A stretch of DNA of 64,000 nucleotides. Source: Terriglobia bacterium (GTDB taxonomy: Bacteria; Acidobacteriota; Terriglobia; JAJPHL01; JAPKYU01). The position numbers and the translations under genes are program-made. Shown piece by piece: positions 50,589 to 62,722 of the stretch. Positions within the stretch are counted from its first letter, which is position 1. Every line of letters starts with the position of its first letter. The DNA lies in the NCBI GenBank assembly GCA_965206645.1, contig CBDBKE010000002.1, positions 352,001 through 416,000 on the forward strand. Direction: 5' to 3'. Below the pieces are notes generated by a model that was given only the letters and a program-made list of their open reading frames with translations, did not search any database and was not told where the DNA came from.

Positions 50589-52247
50589 CCCGGATTTCCT
50601 TTATGAACTATCGGCGGCAACCTTCTGAATGACTCCAACGTCAGTATTGATGCGGGTTCCAGCATCAACATTGCCTTCCGGAGGTGTACACCGAATGGGT
50701 GAGAGCCAAAAACAGGCGTTTCAACTGTCATTCAACCGGTTTCTGCGGGTCACATTTCAGGGATCGCGAATCACTTCCGACGGCGGTCTGATTGTGGTGC
50801 GCGAGTTGGACGAACGTTTGGGGTTCGGCGAACTTATCGAACAGCACTTGATCGACTCTCGGGGGAAGAACACCCGGTTGCCCCTCGCTGACTTGCTGCG
50901 GCAGTCCATCTACAGCCGCTTGGCAGGATACGAAGACGTCAACGACGCCGAGCGGCTTTCCCAAGATCCGACGTTCCGGCTGATCGGTTCGGAGAAGATC
51001 TGGGAACGTGGCGCAGCCCTGACTTCCCGGTTACAGTCGTTCGAGACAGAACTGCTGACGCAAGACGAGAACCTTGCTGGTTTGGCAGCGATCAACCGGG
51101 ATTTGATCGCCAGGGCGGAAGCTATGGATGCGCCGCGCCGGGTGGTGCTGGACATGGACAGCACCGAGATCCCGGTCTACGGCGAACAGGAGCAGAGCGC
51201 CTACAACGGGCATTTCGAGTCGAGTTGCTATCACCCGTTGTTGCTGTTCAGTCGCGAGGGTGACTGTCTGGCGGCCAAGCTGCGACCCGGCAACGTGCAC
51301 AGCGCCGAGGATTGGGAAGAACTTCTCCTGCCAGAGATCGAACGGCAGCAGAAGCTGGGCAAGGAAGTGGTGTTTCGCGCCGACGCCGCCTTCGCCAAGC
51401 CGGAGATCTACGACGCACTGGAGGAGCGGGACGTGAAGTATGCGATTCGCATCCCGGCCAACGACAGTCTGGAGAGGGACATCGCGGAGTTGTTGACGCG
51501 GTCAGTGGGGCGACCGAGCCACAAGCCGGTGGTCTGGTACAAGAGCTTTCTCTACCAGGCAGCCAGTTGGAAAAAGGCGCGGCGGGTGGTGGCGAAGGTG
51601 GAGTTCCACTTTGGCGAACTGTTCCCTCGCGTGGGGTTCATCGTCACCAATCTGGAGACCGACAGCCGGGCGGTGGTCCGGTTCTACAACAAGCGGGGCA
51701 CCGCAGAGCAATGGATCAAGGAAGGCAAGCAGGCGGTAAAGATGACCCGGCTGAGTTGCCATCGGTTTCGGTCGAACGAGGTGCGCCTATGGCTGAGCCT
51801 GATCGCCTACAACTTGGGAAACCTGTGGCGGCGGCTGGTGCTACCGAAGAGGATCAACAACTGGTCGCTGACGAGTTTGCAGCAGCGGCTGGTGAAAACG
51901 GGCGGACGGCTGGTGAAACATGCGCGATATTACTGGCTTTTGCTGGCCGAAGGGCACTTGAGCCGGAGGCTGTTCAGCAGCATGCTGCGAACGATCTCGG
52001 CACTGCCGCTGCCAGACGGCTAGCGACCCAGGAGAGAGGGTAATTTTAGGTGCTCAGAAGTGGTCGGGCCGGACAAGTGTCAGCGGCGAGGCAGGCTGGG
52101 CAGGCGAAACCCGCACAGCGACTCCGAAGAACAGCCAAAATGTGCCGCACTACCACCTCAAAGAGGCCCGGGCGATTTGCGATTGACACGACAGGGTAAG
52201 AGGCATAGGTTTTCGGGTGAAGGGGAAGCTCAAAATGGAAATTCCGG
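50589..52247 (+). mobile_element. IS1380-family element (copy D, apparently identical to copy A)
   Basis: Same IRs and length (1659 bp); internal track ORFs identical to copy A; flanks CTTAA / CTTAG. Confidence 0.95.
50629..52023 (+). CDS. IS1380-family transposase
   Basis: Translation identical to 2403..3797. Confidence 0.95.
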   Translation: MTPTSVLMRVPASTLPSGGVHRMGESQKQAFQLSFNRFLRVTFQGSRITSDGGLIVVRELDERLGFGELIEQHLIDSRGKNTRLPLADLLRQSIYSRLAGYEDVNDAERLSQDPTFRLIGSEKIWERGAALTSRLQSFETELLTQDENLAGLAAINRDLIARAEAMDAPRRVVLDMDSTEIPVYGEQEQSAYNGHFESSCYHPLLLFSREGDCLAAKLRPGNVHSAEDWEELLLPEIERQQKLGKEVVFRADAAFAKPEIYDALEERDVKYAIRIPANDSLERDIAELLTRSVGRPSHKPVVWYKSFLYQAASWKKARRVVAKVEFHFGELFPRVGFIVTNLETDSRAVVRFYNKRGTAEQWIKEGKQAVKMTRLSCHRFRSNEVRLWLSLIAYNLGNLWRRLVLPKRINNWSLTSLQQRLVKTGGRLVKHARYYWLLLAEGHLSRRLFSSMLRTISALPLPDG

Positions 52248-52248
52248 C

Positions 52249-53109
52249 TTAGACTCCCTGGATGCGCCAGCCCCCGGAATAGATATTGAACCGGTCGTTG
52301 CGCACGAATCCCACCAGCGTCATCTGGAATCTTAAGGCAAGCTCGACGGCAAGGCTGGAAGGCGCGCCTACAGCGGCGAGCACGGGAATCCCCGCCATCA
52401 ACGCCTTCTGCACCAGCTCAAAGCTGGTGCGTCCACTCAACAGCAGCAGCCTATCGGCCAGCCTGTTGGAAAGAGGTAAGCGATTCTTCAGGAATTCAGC
52501 GCCGATCAATTTATCCAGGGCATTGTGCCGGCCCACATCCTCTCGCATGCTCAGCAGTTTTCCCGTGGAGTTAAACAGAGCGGCGGCGTGCAGGCCGCCG
52601 GTGCGGTCAAAAAGGGCCTGGGAACTCCGCAGCGTCTGGGGCAGGCGGTGGATCACCGAGGAATCAATGAGAGGCTTGGCCGAGGGCAGAGTGGGGCAGC
52701 CGGTGGCCTGTAGCGCCTCGATCGAGGCTTTCCCGCAGACCCCGCAACTGGAGCTGAGGTAGAAGTGGCGTTCCAGCCGGTCCCAATCGAGCTTCACTCC
52801 TCGTTTCAGGCGGACAGTAACCGTGTTGCGGTTCTGCTTGGCGTTCTTGCCGGACCCGCCACCCTGGATTTCCACGATCTGGTCGGGGACTTGGAGTATG
52901 CCTTCCGTGAAAAGGAAGCCAGCCGCCAGTTCAACATCGTGGCCGGGGGTGCGCATGGTGATCGAAAGATCTTTGCTCCTGCGAGCTCCCTGCGATTGGA
53001 AGCTCAGCCGCAGTTGCAGAGGCTCCTCAACGGCAAGCAGGTCCTGCTCGGCGGAGGAGGAAACACCCTGGACTTTCTGAACCGGGATGGTGATGATGTT
53101 CGTCTTCAT
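52249..53109 (-). CDS. fdhD: Formate dehydrogenase accessory sulfurtransferase
   Basis: EEPL, TMRTPG.D.ELA.GFL, SSCGVCGK, TGGLHAA, EDVGRHNALDK. Confidence 0.95.
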   Translation of the reverse strand: MKTNIITIPVQKVQGVSSSAEQDLLAVEEPLQLRLSFQSQGARRSKDLSITMRTPGHDVELAAGFLFTEGILQVPDQIVEIQGGGSGKNAKQNRNTVTVRLKRGVKLDWDRLERHFYLSSSCGVCGKASIEALQATGCPTLPSAKPLIDSSVIHRLPQTLRSSQALFDRTGGLHAAALFNSTGKLLSMREDVGRHNALDKLIGAEFLKNRLPLSNRLADRLLLLSGRTSFELVQKALMAGIPVLAAVGAPSSLAVELALRFQMTLVGFVRNDRFNIYSGGWRIQGV

Positions 53110-53365
53110 CGTTCGACGGCTGGGCTCGACGGCTCGCGGGAGAACTCACCCAAAGTCTGATTATAACTTGAACTACCGCGGTACCATGACGTGCCCGCTG
53201 GGGCTTCCCTACCAGGGTCGCCATCGTGGCCCTGCGGACTCTCCCGGCGCTGCGGTCGCTTTGCCAGCCCAGCTACACGGGGTATATTACGCCGGGTATA
53301 TTTGGTCTGGCAGAAACCTAAGTGGGCTGCCAGTAGAACCTAAGAGCGTTAGAACGTAAGACGAC

Positions 53366-54565
53366 ATGCCGTCGGATGCGCTTTCCCGGGCTGTAATTTT
53401 GGAGCTGCTTCAGCAGCTGATCCGTATTCCCTCGGTGAACCCGACCCTGGCGCCGGAGGAGGGACACGGAGAGGCTGCCATCGCGGCCTTCGCCTCCCAG
53501 TGGCTTGCAGCCCGGGGCCTGCATAGCTGGTTGGAGGAGGCAGCGCCGGGGCGGCCCAATGTAGTGGCCGAAGTCGGCGAAGGACCGGGGCCGATTTTGG
53601 TCTTGTGCGCGCACCTGGATACGGTGGCCACCGCCGGCATGAGGATTTCTCCATTTGAACCGCGCCTGGAGGGCGACCGGATCTACGGGCGTGGCAGTTA
53701 CGACATGAAAGGCAGCGCCGCTGCCGTCATGGCAGCGGCCGCCGCGCTGGCTCAGGAGCACCTGCCCGGCCAGCTACCCAGGCGGGTACCCGGGCGAGTA
53801 ATAACTGCGCTGGTGGCCGACGAGGAGTATGCCAGTCTCGGCACCGAGGATTTCCTCAAGCGCCACCGGGCCGATGCCTGCATCCTCACCGAGCCCAGCG
53901 AGTGCCGGCTGATTCTGGCGCACAAGGGCTTTGTCTGGGTGGAAATCGTCACCATCGGCCAGGCGGCTCATGGCAGCCGCTGGGACCTCGGGGTCAGCGC
54001 CATCGGCAAAATGGGGCGGATCATCACCGCCCTGGAGCAGTTTGACCACCAGGAGCTGCAGCGGCGCGTTCATCCTCTGGTGGGGCCAGCCTCACAGCAT
54101 TGTGCTCTGATCCAGGGCGGGGCGGGACTTTCCACCTACGCACCGCAGTGCCATCTGCGAGTAGAACGGCGGACGCTGCCCGGCGAGACCACGGAGCAAG
54201 TGATGCGCGAACTGCAGCAAGTGGTGCGGCAGGCCGGCGAGGAAGCCGAAATTCGTTGCTTGCTGGACCGAGCTCCGCTGGTGTGCGACCGCGACACGCC
54301 GATTGCCCGTTGCCTCCGTGAGGCCGCACAGGTGGTTACGGGGCAGCCGCCTCCGGAGGCAGGAGTGGCCTACTGGATGGACGCAGCTCTGTTCGCCGCC
54401 GCCGGCATCCCTACCGTCAACTACGGCCCGGCAGGCGCCGGCGCGCACGAGGCAGTCGAATGGGTGGACCTGGATTCGGTAGTGGGCTGTGCGCAGGTCC
54501 TGGTCGAGGCAGCTCGCCGCTTTTGGTCTTCTTCGCCGGTCCCGGGCGGGCGCGGATCGCGGTAA
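53366..54565 (+). CDS. M20 family ArgE/DapE-like deacylase
   Basis: AHLDTV, GRGSYDMKG, ADEE, TEP, GAH...E. Confidence 0.88.
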   Translation: MPSDALSRAVILELLQQLIRIPSVNPTLAPEEGHGEAAIAAFASQWLAARGLHSWLEEAAPGRPNVVAEVGEGPGPILVLCAHLDTVATAGMRISPFEPRLEGDRIYGRGSYDMKGSAAAVMAAAAALAQEHLPGQLPRRVPGRVITALVADEEYASLGTEDFLKRHRADACILTEPSECRLILAHKGFVWVEIVTIGQAAHGSRWDLGVSAIGKMGRIITALEQFDHQELQRRVHPLVGPASQHCALIQGGAGLSTYAPQCHLRVERRTLPGETTEQVMRELQQVVRQAGEEAEIRCLLDRAPLVCDRDTPIARCLREAAQVVTGQPPPEAGVAYWMDAALFAAAGIPTVNYGPAGAGAHEAVEWVDLDSVVGCAQVLVEAARRFWSSSPVPGGRGSR

Positions 54566-54603
54566 ACTTTACGGGCCAAATCTTTTCTTGGGAGGAGGAG
54601 TCT

Positions 54604-54792
54604 ATGCCGGTAGCCAGCGGGTGGTGCCATTGCCGGGAGAATCACCCTGACACGCGGTCCTGCCCCGGCCCTTTGAAACAGGAACTTGACGGAAAGGGCG
54701 CCTCGTGCAGTTATTGCGGCACCAAGCACCCGAAGGGCGCCGCGCAGTGTCGCACGGTAATCTGCAACCAGTGCAACGGCAAACGTCTCTGA
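54604..54792 (+). CDS. Small Cys-rich (putative Zn-binding) protein, 62 aa
   Basis: GGAGGAGGAG RBS then MPVASGWCHCRENHPDTRSC...CSYCG...C....CNQCNGKRL; fills the gap between two co-directional genes. Confidence 0.6.
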   Translation: MPVASGWCHCRENHPDTRSCPGPLKQELDGKGASCSYCGTKHPKGAAQCRTVICNQCNGKRL

Positions 54793-54816
54793 GCACCCCC
54801 TCGGAGGAGCTAGCTT

Positions 54817-56049
<1,233 letters not shown>

Positions 56050-56284
56050 AGGCTGGCCACCTCCTTCAGCGTGTCGGGCGAAAAGTGGCGCACCTGCAGC
56101 TAACCATGAACATGCCGGTTGATTGACGTCGGCGGCCGAGTCGTTGGGAAACTGCTATCGTAGCCGCAACCCTGTCGCTCGGCTGGATCTCAAAGACCTA
56201 GTCGAGATCTTGGTGTTTCCGCGTAACACACCTAGCAGAATGGTCGGCCTTCTTTTATAATTCCGTACGGGGCCGTCTGTCGCG

Positions 56285-57678
56285 ATGTCGAAAGCACCGC
56301 AGCCAACCGCTTCTTCGAGCCGAGGAGCTTTGAGTCGACGGGCTTTCGTGGAGTCTCTGTGCGGCGGCCTGGGCGCGGTGGGGCTCTCCGGGATGCTGGC
56401 CTCCGACCTCTGGGCCGCAAGTTCCCCGGTCGGACCGCACTTCGCTCCCGCCGCCAAGCACGTCATCTTCCTGTTCCTCACCGGCGGCCCTTCGCATCTC
56501 GACCTGTTCGACCCCAAGCCGGCGCTAGAGAAGTACGCCGGCCAGCGGCCCGATTCGGTGGACTTGCGCACCGAGCGCATGACCGGCGGCCTGCTGCCCT
56601 CGCCGTTCAAGTTCCGGCGGCACGGTCAGAGCGGCATCGAAGTGAGCGAGCTGTTGCCGAATCTGGCGGGCCTTGTCGACGAGCTGTGCGTCATCCGCTC
56701 GATGTACACGTTCAACCCGACGCACACTCCGGCGAAGAATCTGATCCATTCAGGGAACATCGCTTCCACCCATCCGACTCTCGGAGCTTGGATCTCCTGC
56801 GGGCTCGGCAGCGAGAACGAGAACCTGCCGGGCTTCGTCGTGCTGAGCCCGTCGTCACGCCAGAGCTACTTGTGGCGCTCGGGCTTCTTGCCGGCCGAGC
56901 ACCAGGGCACGCACTTCAACAACACCGAGACCGACCCCGAGAAGATGATTCATACCTGCGCAACGGCAAGCTCGACGCCGGTGCGCAACGCCATCAGCTC
57001 GACCTGCTCGCCGCCCTGAACAAGGCGCACCGCTCCGCCGTCGGGCAGGACGCCTTTCTAGAGGCGCGCATCCGAGCGATGGAGACTGCCTATCGCATGC
57101 AGTTTGAAGCGCTGGACGTCTTCGATGTGCGCAAAGAACCGGAGAAAATCCGCGAGGAGTACGGCTCCACCCCATTCGCCAACGGTTGTCTGCTCGCCCG
57201 CCGACTCGTCGAAAAGGGCGTCCGCTACGTGCACCTCTACTATGGCCCCCGCCAGCCATGGGACGATCACAAAGAGATCAACAAGAACCTGCGCGAGCGT
57301 TGTCCCGACATGGACCAAGCCACTGCCGCGCTCATCCGGGACCTCAAACGGCGCGGACTGTTGGAGGAAACCCTCCTCGTCTGGGGCGGAGAGTTCGGCC
57401 GTACGCCGGTTTCAGAATCCGGTGACGGACGAGACCACAACCCGTACGGCTTCACGATGTGGATGGCGGGCGGAGGCGTTCGCGGCGGCGTCAGCTACGG
57501 CGCCACCGATGATTTCGGGTTCCAGGCCGTCGAGAACCGGGTCAGTGTTCATGACCTGCACGCTACAATCCTCAACCGGCTCGGTCTGGACCATGAGCGT
57601 CTGACGTACCGCTATGCCGGTCGGGATTTCCGTCTGACCGACGTTCACGGGCGCGTACCAGCGGAGTTGCTGGCATGA
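56285..57678 (+). CDS. DUF1501 protein; frameshift near 56952
   Basis: AKHVIFLFLTGGPSHLDLFDPKP; LLARRLVE.GVR, WGGEFGRTP, GRDH, HDLHATIL; one added base joins the frames. Confidence 0.85.
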
Positions 57679-60044
57679 TGCGCTTGACGCTCCTCGTGGC
57701 CGCGGCGGCGCTCGTCGGCTCGGCTCAAAGCCCGGAGATCGAACACTTCGAGCGCAGGATTCGGCCCGTGCTGATCGAGCAGTGCATGAGGTGCCACTCG
57801 GCTCGGCTCGACGAGCCCATGGGCGGCTTACGTGTGGACTCGCGCGACGCGCTCCGGCGCGGCGGCGCTTCGGGCCCGGCGCTGGTGCCCGGGCGGCCGG
57901 ATCAGAGCCTGCTGATCAAGGCGCTCCGCTATCAAGACCCTTCGCTCAAGATGCCGCCGACCGGAAAGCTGCCTGACCGGGTGATCGCGGATTTTGACAC
58001 CTGGATTGCCGACGGCGCCCAGGACCCGCGCATCGACGAGCCCAGCGCAACCCCACCCAACAGCTCCGGGGAGGCCGAAAAACCCGACAGCTCCGGCCCG
58101 GGCACGCCGATCGAAGAGGGGCGCCGCTGGTGGGCTTTTCAGCCTCTGGCCGAGTTGCAGGCGCCCGCCTACAGCCACCGCGGCTGGGCGCGACGCAAAA
58201 TCGACGCGTTCGTGCTCGCCAGGCTCGAAGAAAACGACCTGGAGCCGTCGCTCGAGGCCGACCACCGTGCGCTGATCCGGCGCGCTTCGCTCGACTTGAC
58301 CGGACTGCCGCCGAGCTACAAAGAGGTCGAAGCGTTCGTCGCCGATCCCTCGCCAACAGCCTATGAAGAGTTGATCGAGCGCCTGCTGGCATCGCCACGG
58401 TACGGCGAACGTTGGGGACGCCATTGGCTCGACGTGGCGCGCTGGGCCGAAGACCACCCCACCAGCGAGTCGACCAACCAGCCGCACGAATTTGCCTGGC
58501 GCTACCGAGATTGGGTCATCGAGGCCTTCAATAAGGATATTCCCTACGATCGCTTCATCCGCATGCAGTTTGCCGCCGACCTACTGCCGGGTTTCGAGCC
58601 GGCCGACATGAGGGCGCTCGGTTACATCGGCAACTCGCCGATGTATCACAAGGACCCGCGACTCTCCCGCGACGTGACCGAGACTCTGGCGAGCGACGAC
58701 TGGGACGAGCGGGTCGATGCTGTCTCTCGCGGGTTGCTCGGCCTCACCGTCGCCTGCGCCCGCTGCCACGACCACAAGTTCGACCCCATCACCAACGAGG
58801 ACTACTACGGCTTGGCGGGTGTGTTCGCCAGCCAGTGGCTGGTCAAGCGGCCGATCGTCGAAATGGATCCCAAAGCGGCGGAAAAACTGGTTTGGGATCA
58901 CGAGAGGTTCTACCGCCTCAAGGGCCAGTACGCCCTTCTCAAAGAGCTGAGCACCATCGCTACAGAGATGCATCCCCGCATTCAGGCGATGAAGGCGGAG
59001 ATTCGAGAGCTCGATGCGCGCTTATGCGAAGACGACACGCCGTTGACCCACGCCGTCGTCGACTGCGGAGTGTGGATCGATGGCAGCACACCGACGGTCA
59101 CTTGGATCGACCTGCGCCCTGGCCAGCCCCGCGACCTGCCGGTGTTCATCCGCGGCAATGTCGCCAACCCGGGCAAGATCGTGCCGCGGCGGTTCCTCGT
59201 GGTCTTCACCGAGGGCGAACCCGACCCGTTCCGGCAAGGCTCAGGACGTTTGGAGTTGGCCGACAAGATCGTCAGTGAAGCCGGTCCGCTGGCCGCGCGC
59301 GTATGGGTCAACCGCGTCTGGGGTTGGCACATCGGCGAGCATCTTGTCCGAACGCCTTCGGACTTCGGCACACAGGGGCAGAGGCCTACGCACCCGCGAC
59401 TCCTGAACGACCTTGCAGCTCGCTTCGTCAAGAACAGCTGGTCCCTCAAATGGCTGCACCGCGAGATCATGCTTTCAGCAACGTGCCGGCAAGCGAGCCG
59501 CAGCATCGAATCGGTGCAGCAGGCCGACCCGACGAATCGTTGGCTGTGGCGGATGAATCCGCGTCGGCTGGAGATCGAAGCCTGGCGGGACGCGATTCTG
59601 CAAGCATCAGGCGAACTCGACCTGACGATGGGCGGACCTTCCGAGGAAGTCGACGTCGAAGGCCCCGCCCGCCGGTCGGTCTATTCGAAGACCAGCCGCG
59701 GCCGGCTGCATCCGTTCTTGCAACTCTACGATTTCCCAGTTGCGACGCAGCACATCCCCAAGCGCCAGGTCACCACCACTCCACTTCAGCAGCTCTTCGT
59801 GCTCAACAGCAAGTGGATGCAGCACCAGGCTGTAAGGTTGGCGGCGCGGGTTGGCCCTCTGCAGGACTCCAACGCCAAGATCGCGACTCTCTATCGTATG
59901 ACCCTGGGTCGCGAGCCGAGGGCGCACGAGGTTGACCTCGCTCTCACGTTCCTGGGTCGGCGGGAAGCCGCGCTAGGCCGCAAACCCTGGGAAGAGTACG
60001 CTCAGGTCCTTCTAGGCTCCAATGAGCTGGCCTATCTGGACTGA
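57675..60044 (+). CDS. PSD1 / planctomycete cytochrome c domain protein (DUF1549/DUF1553)
   Basis: CMRCH, WAF.P, YGERWGRHWLD.AR, CARCHDHKFDPI, VNRVW, RRLE.E..RD. Confidence 0.9.
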   Translation: MMRLTLLVAAAALVGSAQSPEIEHFERRIRPVLIEQCMRCHSARLDEPMGGLRVDSRDALRRGGASGPALVPGRPDQSLLIKALRYQDPSLKMPPTGKLPDRVIADFDTWIADGAQDPRIDEPSATPPNSSGEAEKPDSSGPGTPIEEGRRWWAFQPLAELQAPAYSHRGWARRKIDAFVLARLEENDLEPSLEADHRALIRRASLDLTGLPPSYKEVEAFVADPSPTAYEELIERLLASPRYGERWGRHWLDVARWAEDHPTSESTNQPHEFAWRYRDWVIEAFNKDIPYDRFIRMQFAADLLPGFEPADMRALGYIGNSPMYHKDPRLSRDVTETLASDDWDERVDAVSRGLLGLTVACARCHDHKFDPITNEDYYGLAGVFASQWLVKRPIVEMDPKAAEKLVWDHERFYRLKGQYALLKELSTIATEMHPRIQAMKAEIRELDARLCEDDTPLTHAVVDCGVWIDGSTPTVTWIDLRPGQPRDLPVFIRGNVANPGKIVPRRFLVVFTEGEPDPFRQGSGRLELADKIVSEAGPLAARVWVNRVWGWHIGEHLVRTPSDFGTQGQRPTHPRLLNDLAARFVKNSWSLKWLHREIMLSATCRQASRSIESVQQADPTNRWLWRMNPRRLEIEAWRDAILQASGELDLTMGGPSEEVDVEGPARRSVYSKTSRGRLHPFLQLYDFPVATQHIPKRQVTTTPLQQLFVLNSKWMQHQAVRLAARVGPLQDSNAKIATLYRMTLGREPRAHEVDLALTFLGRREAALGRKPWEEYAQVLLGSNELAYLD

Positions 60045-60089
60045 GCGCGCGGGTGGCCGATTTCTTGCCATCCAGCCACCAGGTGTCCG

Positions 60090-60152
60090 GCCTAACAAGC
60101 CGGTGAAGCTGCAGCCGCTTCGCGGCGCAGCTTACCGGCCATCCGCTTAGCC
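60090..60152 (+). other. Solo integron attC-like hairpin
   Basis: GCCTAAC aag CCGGT g AAGCTGC a GCCGC ttc GCGGC GCAGCTT ACCGG ccatcc GCTTAGCC. Confidence 0.6.
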
Positions 60153-60263
60153 TCCGGTTTAGAGAATCAGTCCCGAAATTGGCGATGCGGCCGGTATGCC
60201 CTTCGAGACTTGGATTCGGTGGTGGCCGGCGGAAAACTGGGCATCGACGTGGTGACGAGCGGA

Positions 60264-61610
60264 TCACGAAGGCCGGCCAATGCAGACCAGGTGAGCGGCG
60301 GTGCGGAAATACCAGCGGCCACCCACCAGCGCCGGCGAAGCCAGCGTGCGTTCGTTGAGACGGTTGACGCCCAGAAGTTTGAATTCCGACCCGGCTTTGA
60401 GCACAAATGTTTCGCCGTCGTCGCTCGTGAAAAACACCTTGCCGTCCACCCCCACCGGGGACGCCGAGAACAATTCGCGCCGGGTTTCGGCCAGCCGGCC
60501 CTGCCACATCAGCTTGCCCGTTTTTGCCTCGTAACAGGTGGCGATCCCCACCATGTCGTTGACGAGGTAGAGGTAATCCCCGTAGAGCAGCGGCGAGGGG
60601 ATGAACGGGGAGCCCTTCGGCGTCTGCCAGACGAGGTGCGTGCCGGTGACATCGCCCGATCCTCCGGGACGGATCGCCAGCGTCGGGCCTGCCCGGCCGG
60701 AGCTGCAAAAAATCAGGCCGTGGCCCACCACCGGAGTGGGCGTTACCTCAACCAGGTTCCCCGCGCAGCGCCACAACTCCCTGCCGCTGTCCGGATCGTA
60801 GGCATAGACCCATTTCTGACTGCTGACAATGATCTCATCGCGGTCCCCAACGCGCACCGCCACCGGCGAGCCCCAGCCGGTCTTTTCCTGGCGCTCGGTC
60901 CACCACAGTTTCCTGCCGGTCCGCTTGTCAAATGCTGCGACAAACGACCCGGAGGGCGCGCGATGGTCCTGGTAGATGATCACGCGATCCCGGTAAAGCA
61001 GCGGAGAGCCGGCGGCGCCGTGGAAAGGATCCATCGGGCCCAGATCGTGATGCCAGACTTGTTTGCCGTTGAAGTCCACGGCCAGTAAGCCATGATTTCC
61101 GAGATAGGCGTAGACTCGCTCACCGTCGGTAGCTGGTGTGCCCGAAGCGTAGCCGTTCTTGGCGTGAGCCCTCTCAGGACGTCCTTTCGGAGCAAAGGCC
61201 TCCCAGAGCTGCTGGCCATCCTCGCGTTGGAAGCTCAGAATCGACCGTCGGCCCCCGTTGTCGTAGGCCGTCGTCAGGAAGATGCGGTCGCCCCAGATCA
61301 CGGGAGAGGAGTTGCCCTTCCCGGAGACCTTGACTCTCCAGAGGACGTTTTCCCGATTCGACCAAGTGTCGGGATAGCCCGAGTCGACGGCCAACCCCTG
61401 CCCCGAGGGCCCGCGCCAACGCGGCCAGTACCGGCGTCCCTCGCCGGTGACTTCCACCATCGTTGCCGGCGCCATCAATAATGGCGCTGGTGACGCACCT
61501 GCGGCGGGCAAAAGGCGGTGCCAGGTTCCCTGCAACGCAAGAATGAGGGCCAGACCCAGTGGCAGCCCCAATGGCAGCCAAACAATCGTCACCCGTTTCC
61601 AGCCAGGCAT
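60264..61610 (-). CDS. PQQ-binding-like beta-propeller protein (BamB-like)
   Basis: WPRWRGP.GQG, SSPVIWGDRIF, repeated A.D..TG..LW. Confidence 0.85.
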   Translation of the reverse strand: MPGWKRVTIVWLPLGLPLGLALILALQGTWHRLLPAAGASPAPLLMAPATMVEVTGEGRRYWPRWRGPSGQGLAVDSGYPDTWSNRENVLWRVKVSGKGNSSPVIWGDRIFLTTAYDNGGRRSILSFQREDGQQLWEAFAPKGRPERAHAKNGYASGTPATDGERVYAYLGNHGLLAVDFNGKQVWHHDLGPMDPFHGAAGSPLLYRDRVIIYQDHRAPSGSFVAAFDKRTGRKLWWTERQEKTGWGSPVAVRVGDRDEIIVSSQKWVYAYDPDSGRELWRCAGNLVEVTPTPVVGHGLIFCSSGRAGPTLAIRPGGSGDVTGTHLVWQTPKGSPFIPSPLLYGDYLYLVNDMVGIATCYEAKTGKLMWQGRLAETRRELFSASPVGVDGKVFFTSDDGETFVLKAGSEFKLLGVNRLNERTLASPALVGGRWYFRTAAHLVCIGRPS

Positions 61611-61733
61611 CGCATTCCTCCTACGCTTCGCCGGCGGCAACCGCCGTCAGATCGGTCGTCCACGCGCTGCTGAAGATTGTCTTGCCTGCGCCTCAACTGG
61701 CCGGTAGCCGGCGATCCCGGCGGAGCCCGGTTT

Positions 61734-62096
61734 CTAAGCCGAGTTAAGGTTGATCTCCAAAAAGACGGGCCGCTTACGTTGCAGCCGGACAATCCAATCT
61801 ACGATCCAAACCTGCCAGCCGCACTTCTTCGAGACCAACCTCCTGGGGCGGGGCTCCTCGGACGGATTCAGTATCCTGCAGAGGGCCCTGACCGCCGACC
61901 CTTTGGGGTTTCCCCGCGCTGTGCAGGGCGCCACTTCCACCTGAGGATTATTGCGCAGCCTCTTGACCTTGCCGGCTTGCGTTTCGGTTCTCACGTACAG
62001 TTTGCCTGAGTCCTCCACGAACCAAACGGGCGTCGAAACGGGCTGGCCCGATCGGCGGAACGTCGCAAGGGAGATGTACCGCTCTGGCTCAAACAT
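61734..62096 (-). CDS. PPOX-class F420-dependent oxidoreductase-like protein
   Basis: YISLATFRRSG..V.TPVW, GKVKRLRNNP.V..APC..RG. Confidence 0.85.
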   Translation of the reverse strand: MFEPERYISLATFRRSGQPVSTPVWFVEDSGKLYVRTETQAGKVKRLRNNPQVEVAPCTARGNPKGSAVRALCRILNPSEEPRPRRLVSKKCGWQVWIVDWIVRLQRKRPVFLEINLNSA

Positions 62097-62329
62097 GCAG
62101 GGTAGAAGTATAATCCCAACTGAGGCAAAGCGCTCTCTTGATCAGTGTCCCTAAACCCCACTCGTCGGCACGGTCGGAAGTAGCTGATTCAGCACGCCAC
62201 ACGAGAAGCCGTTCAGCCGAATATCCTCGGCCAGTTTGACAAGGAATCCAGAATCGTTTACCGTGCTGACCGGGACGAGGTTTTATGCGAGTCATCATGA
62301 ACAAGAGTTAGGTGTCCACAGGTTCTGAA

Positions 62330-62722
62330 ATGATCCAGAAGGTTCTATTTGTTTTAATGATCGTGCTGATCATTATCTCTGTAGGATGCAGCAGTAAAGA
62401 CACCGAGGCTCCCCGTGTTGTCGATACATCCCCACCAAATGGGAGCCAGGATGTCGGCCCATCTACAGACGAAATATCAGGAACATTCAATGAGGAAATG
62501 ATGGATCAGAGTTGGTCATGGGCATATACAAATAAGAACGACTTCCCGGAGATGACAGGGCAGCCACACTATACGAACAACTACACACGCAATGTGTTGC
62601 CTGTGAAAATGGAGCCCAATAAAGAATATATTATTTGGATAAATAGCTAAAAGTTCAAAAACTTCAAAGACAAGAGTGGGAACCCTCTATTTCCTTTTAA
62701 ATTCACATTTAAAACAAAATAG
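62330..62722 (+). pseudogene. AT-rich lipoprotein with Ig-like domain; in-frame TAA at 62648-62650
   Basis: Lipobox SVGC; P.VV.TSP.NG, FNE.M, WINS*KFKNFKDKSGNPL..F.F.T. Confidence 0.65.
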
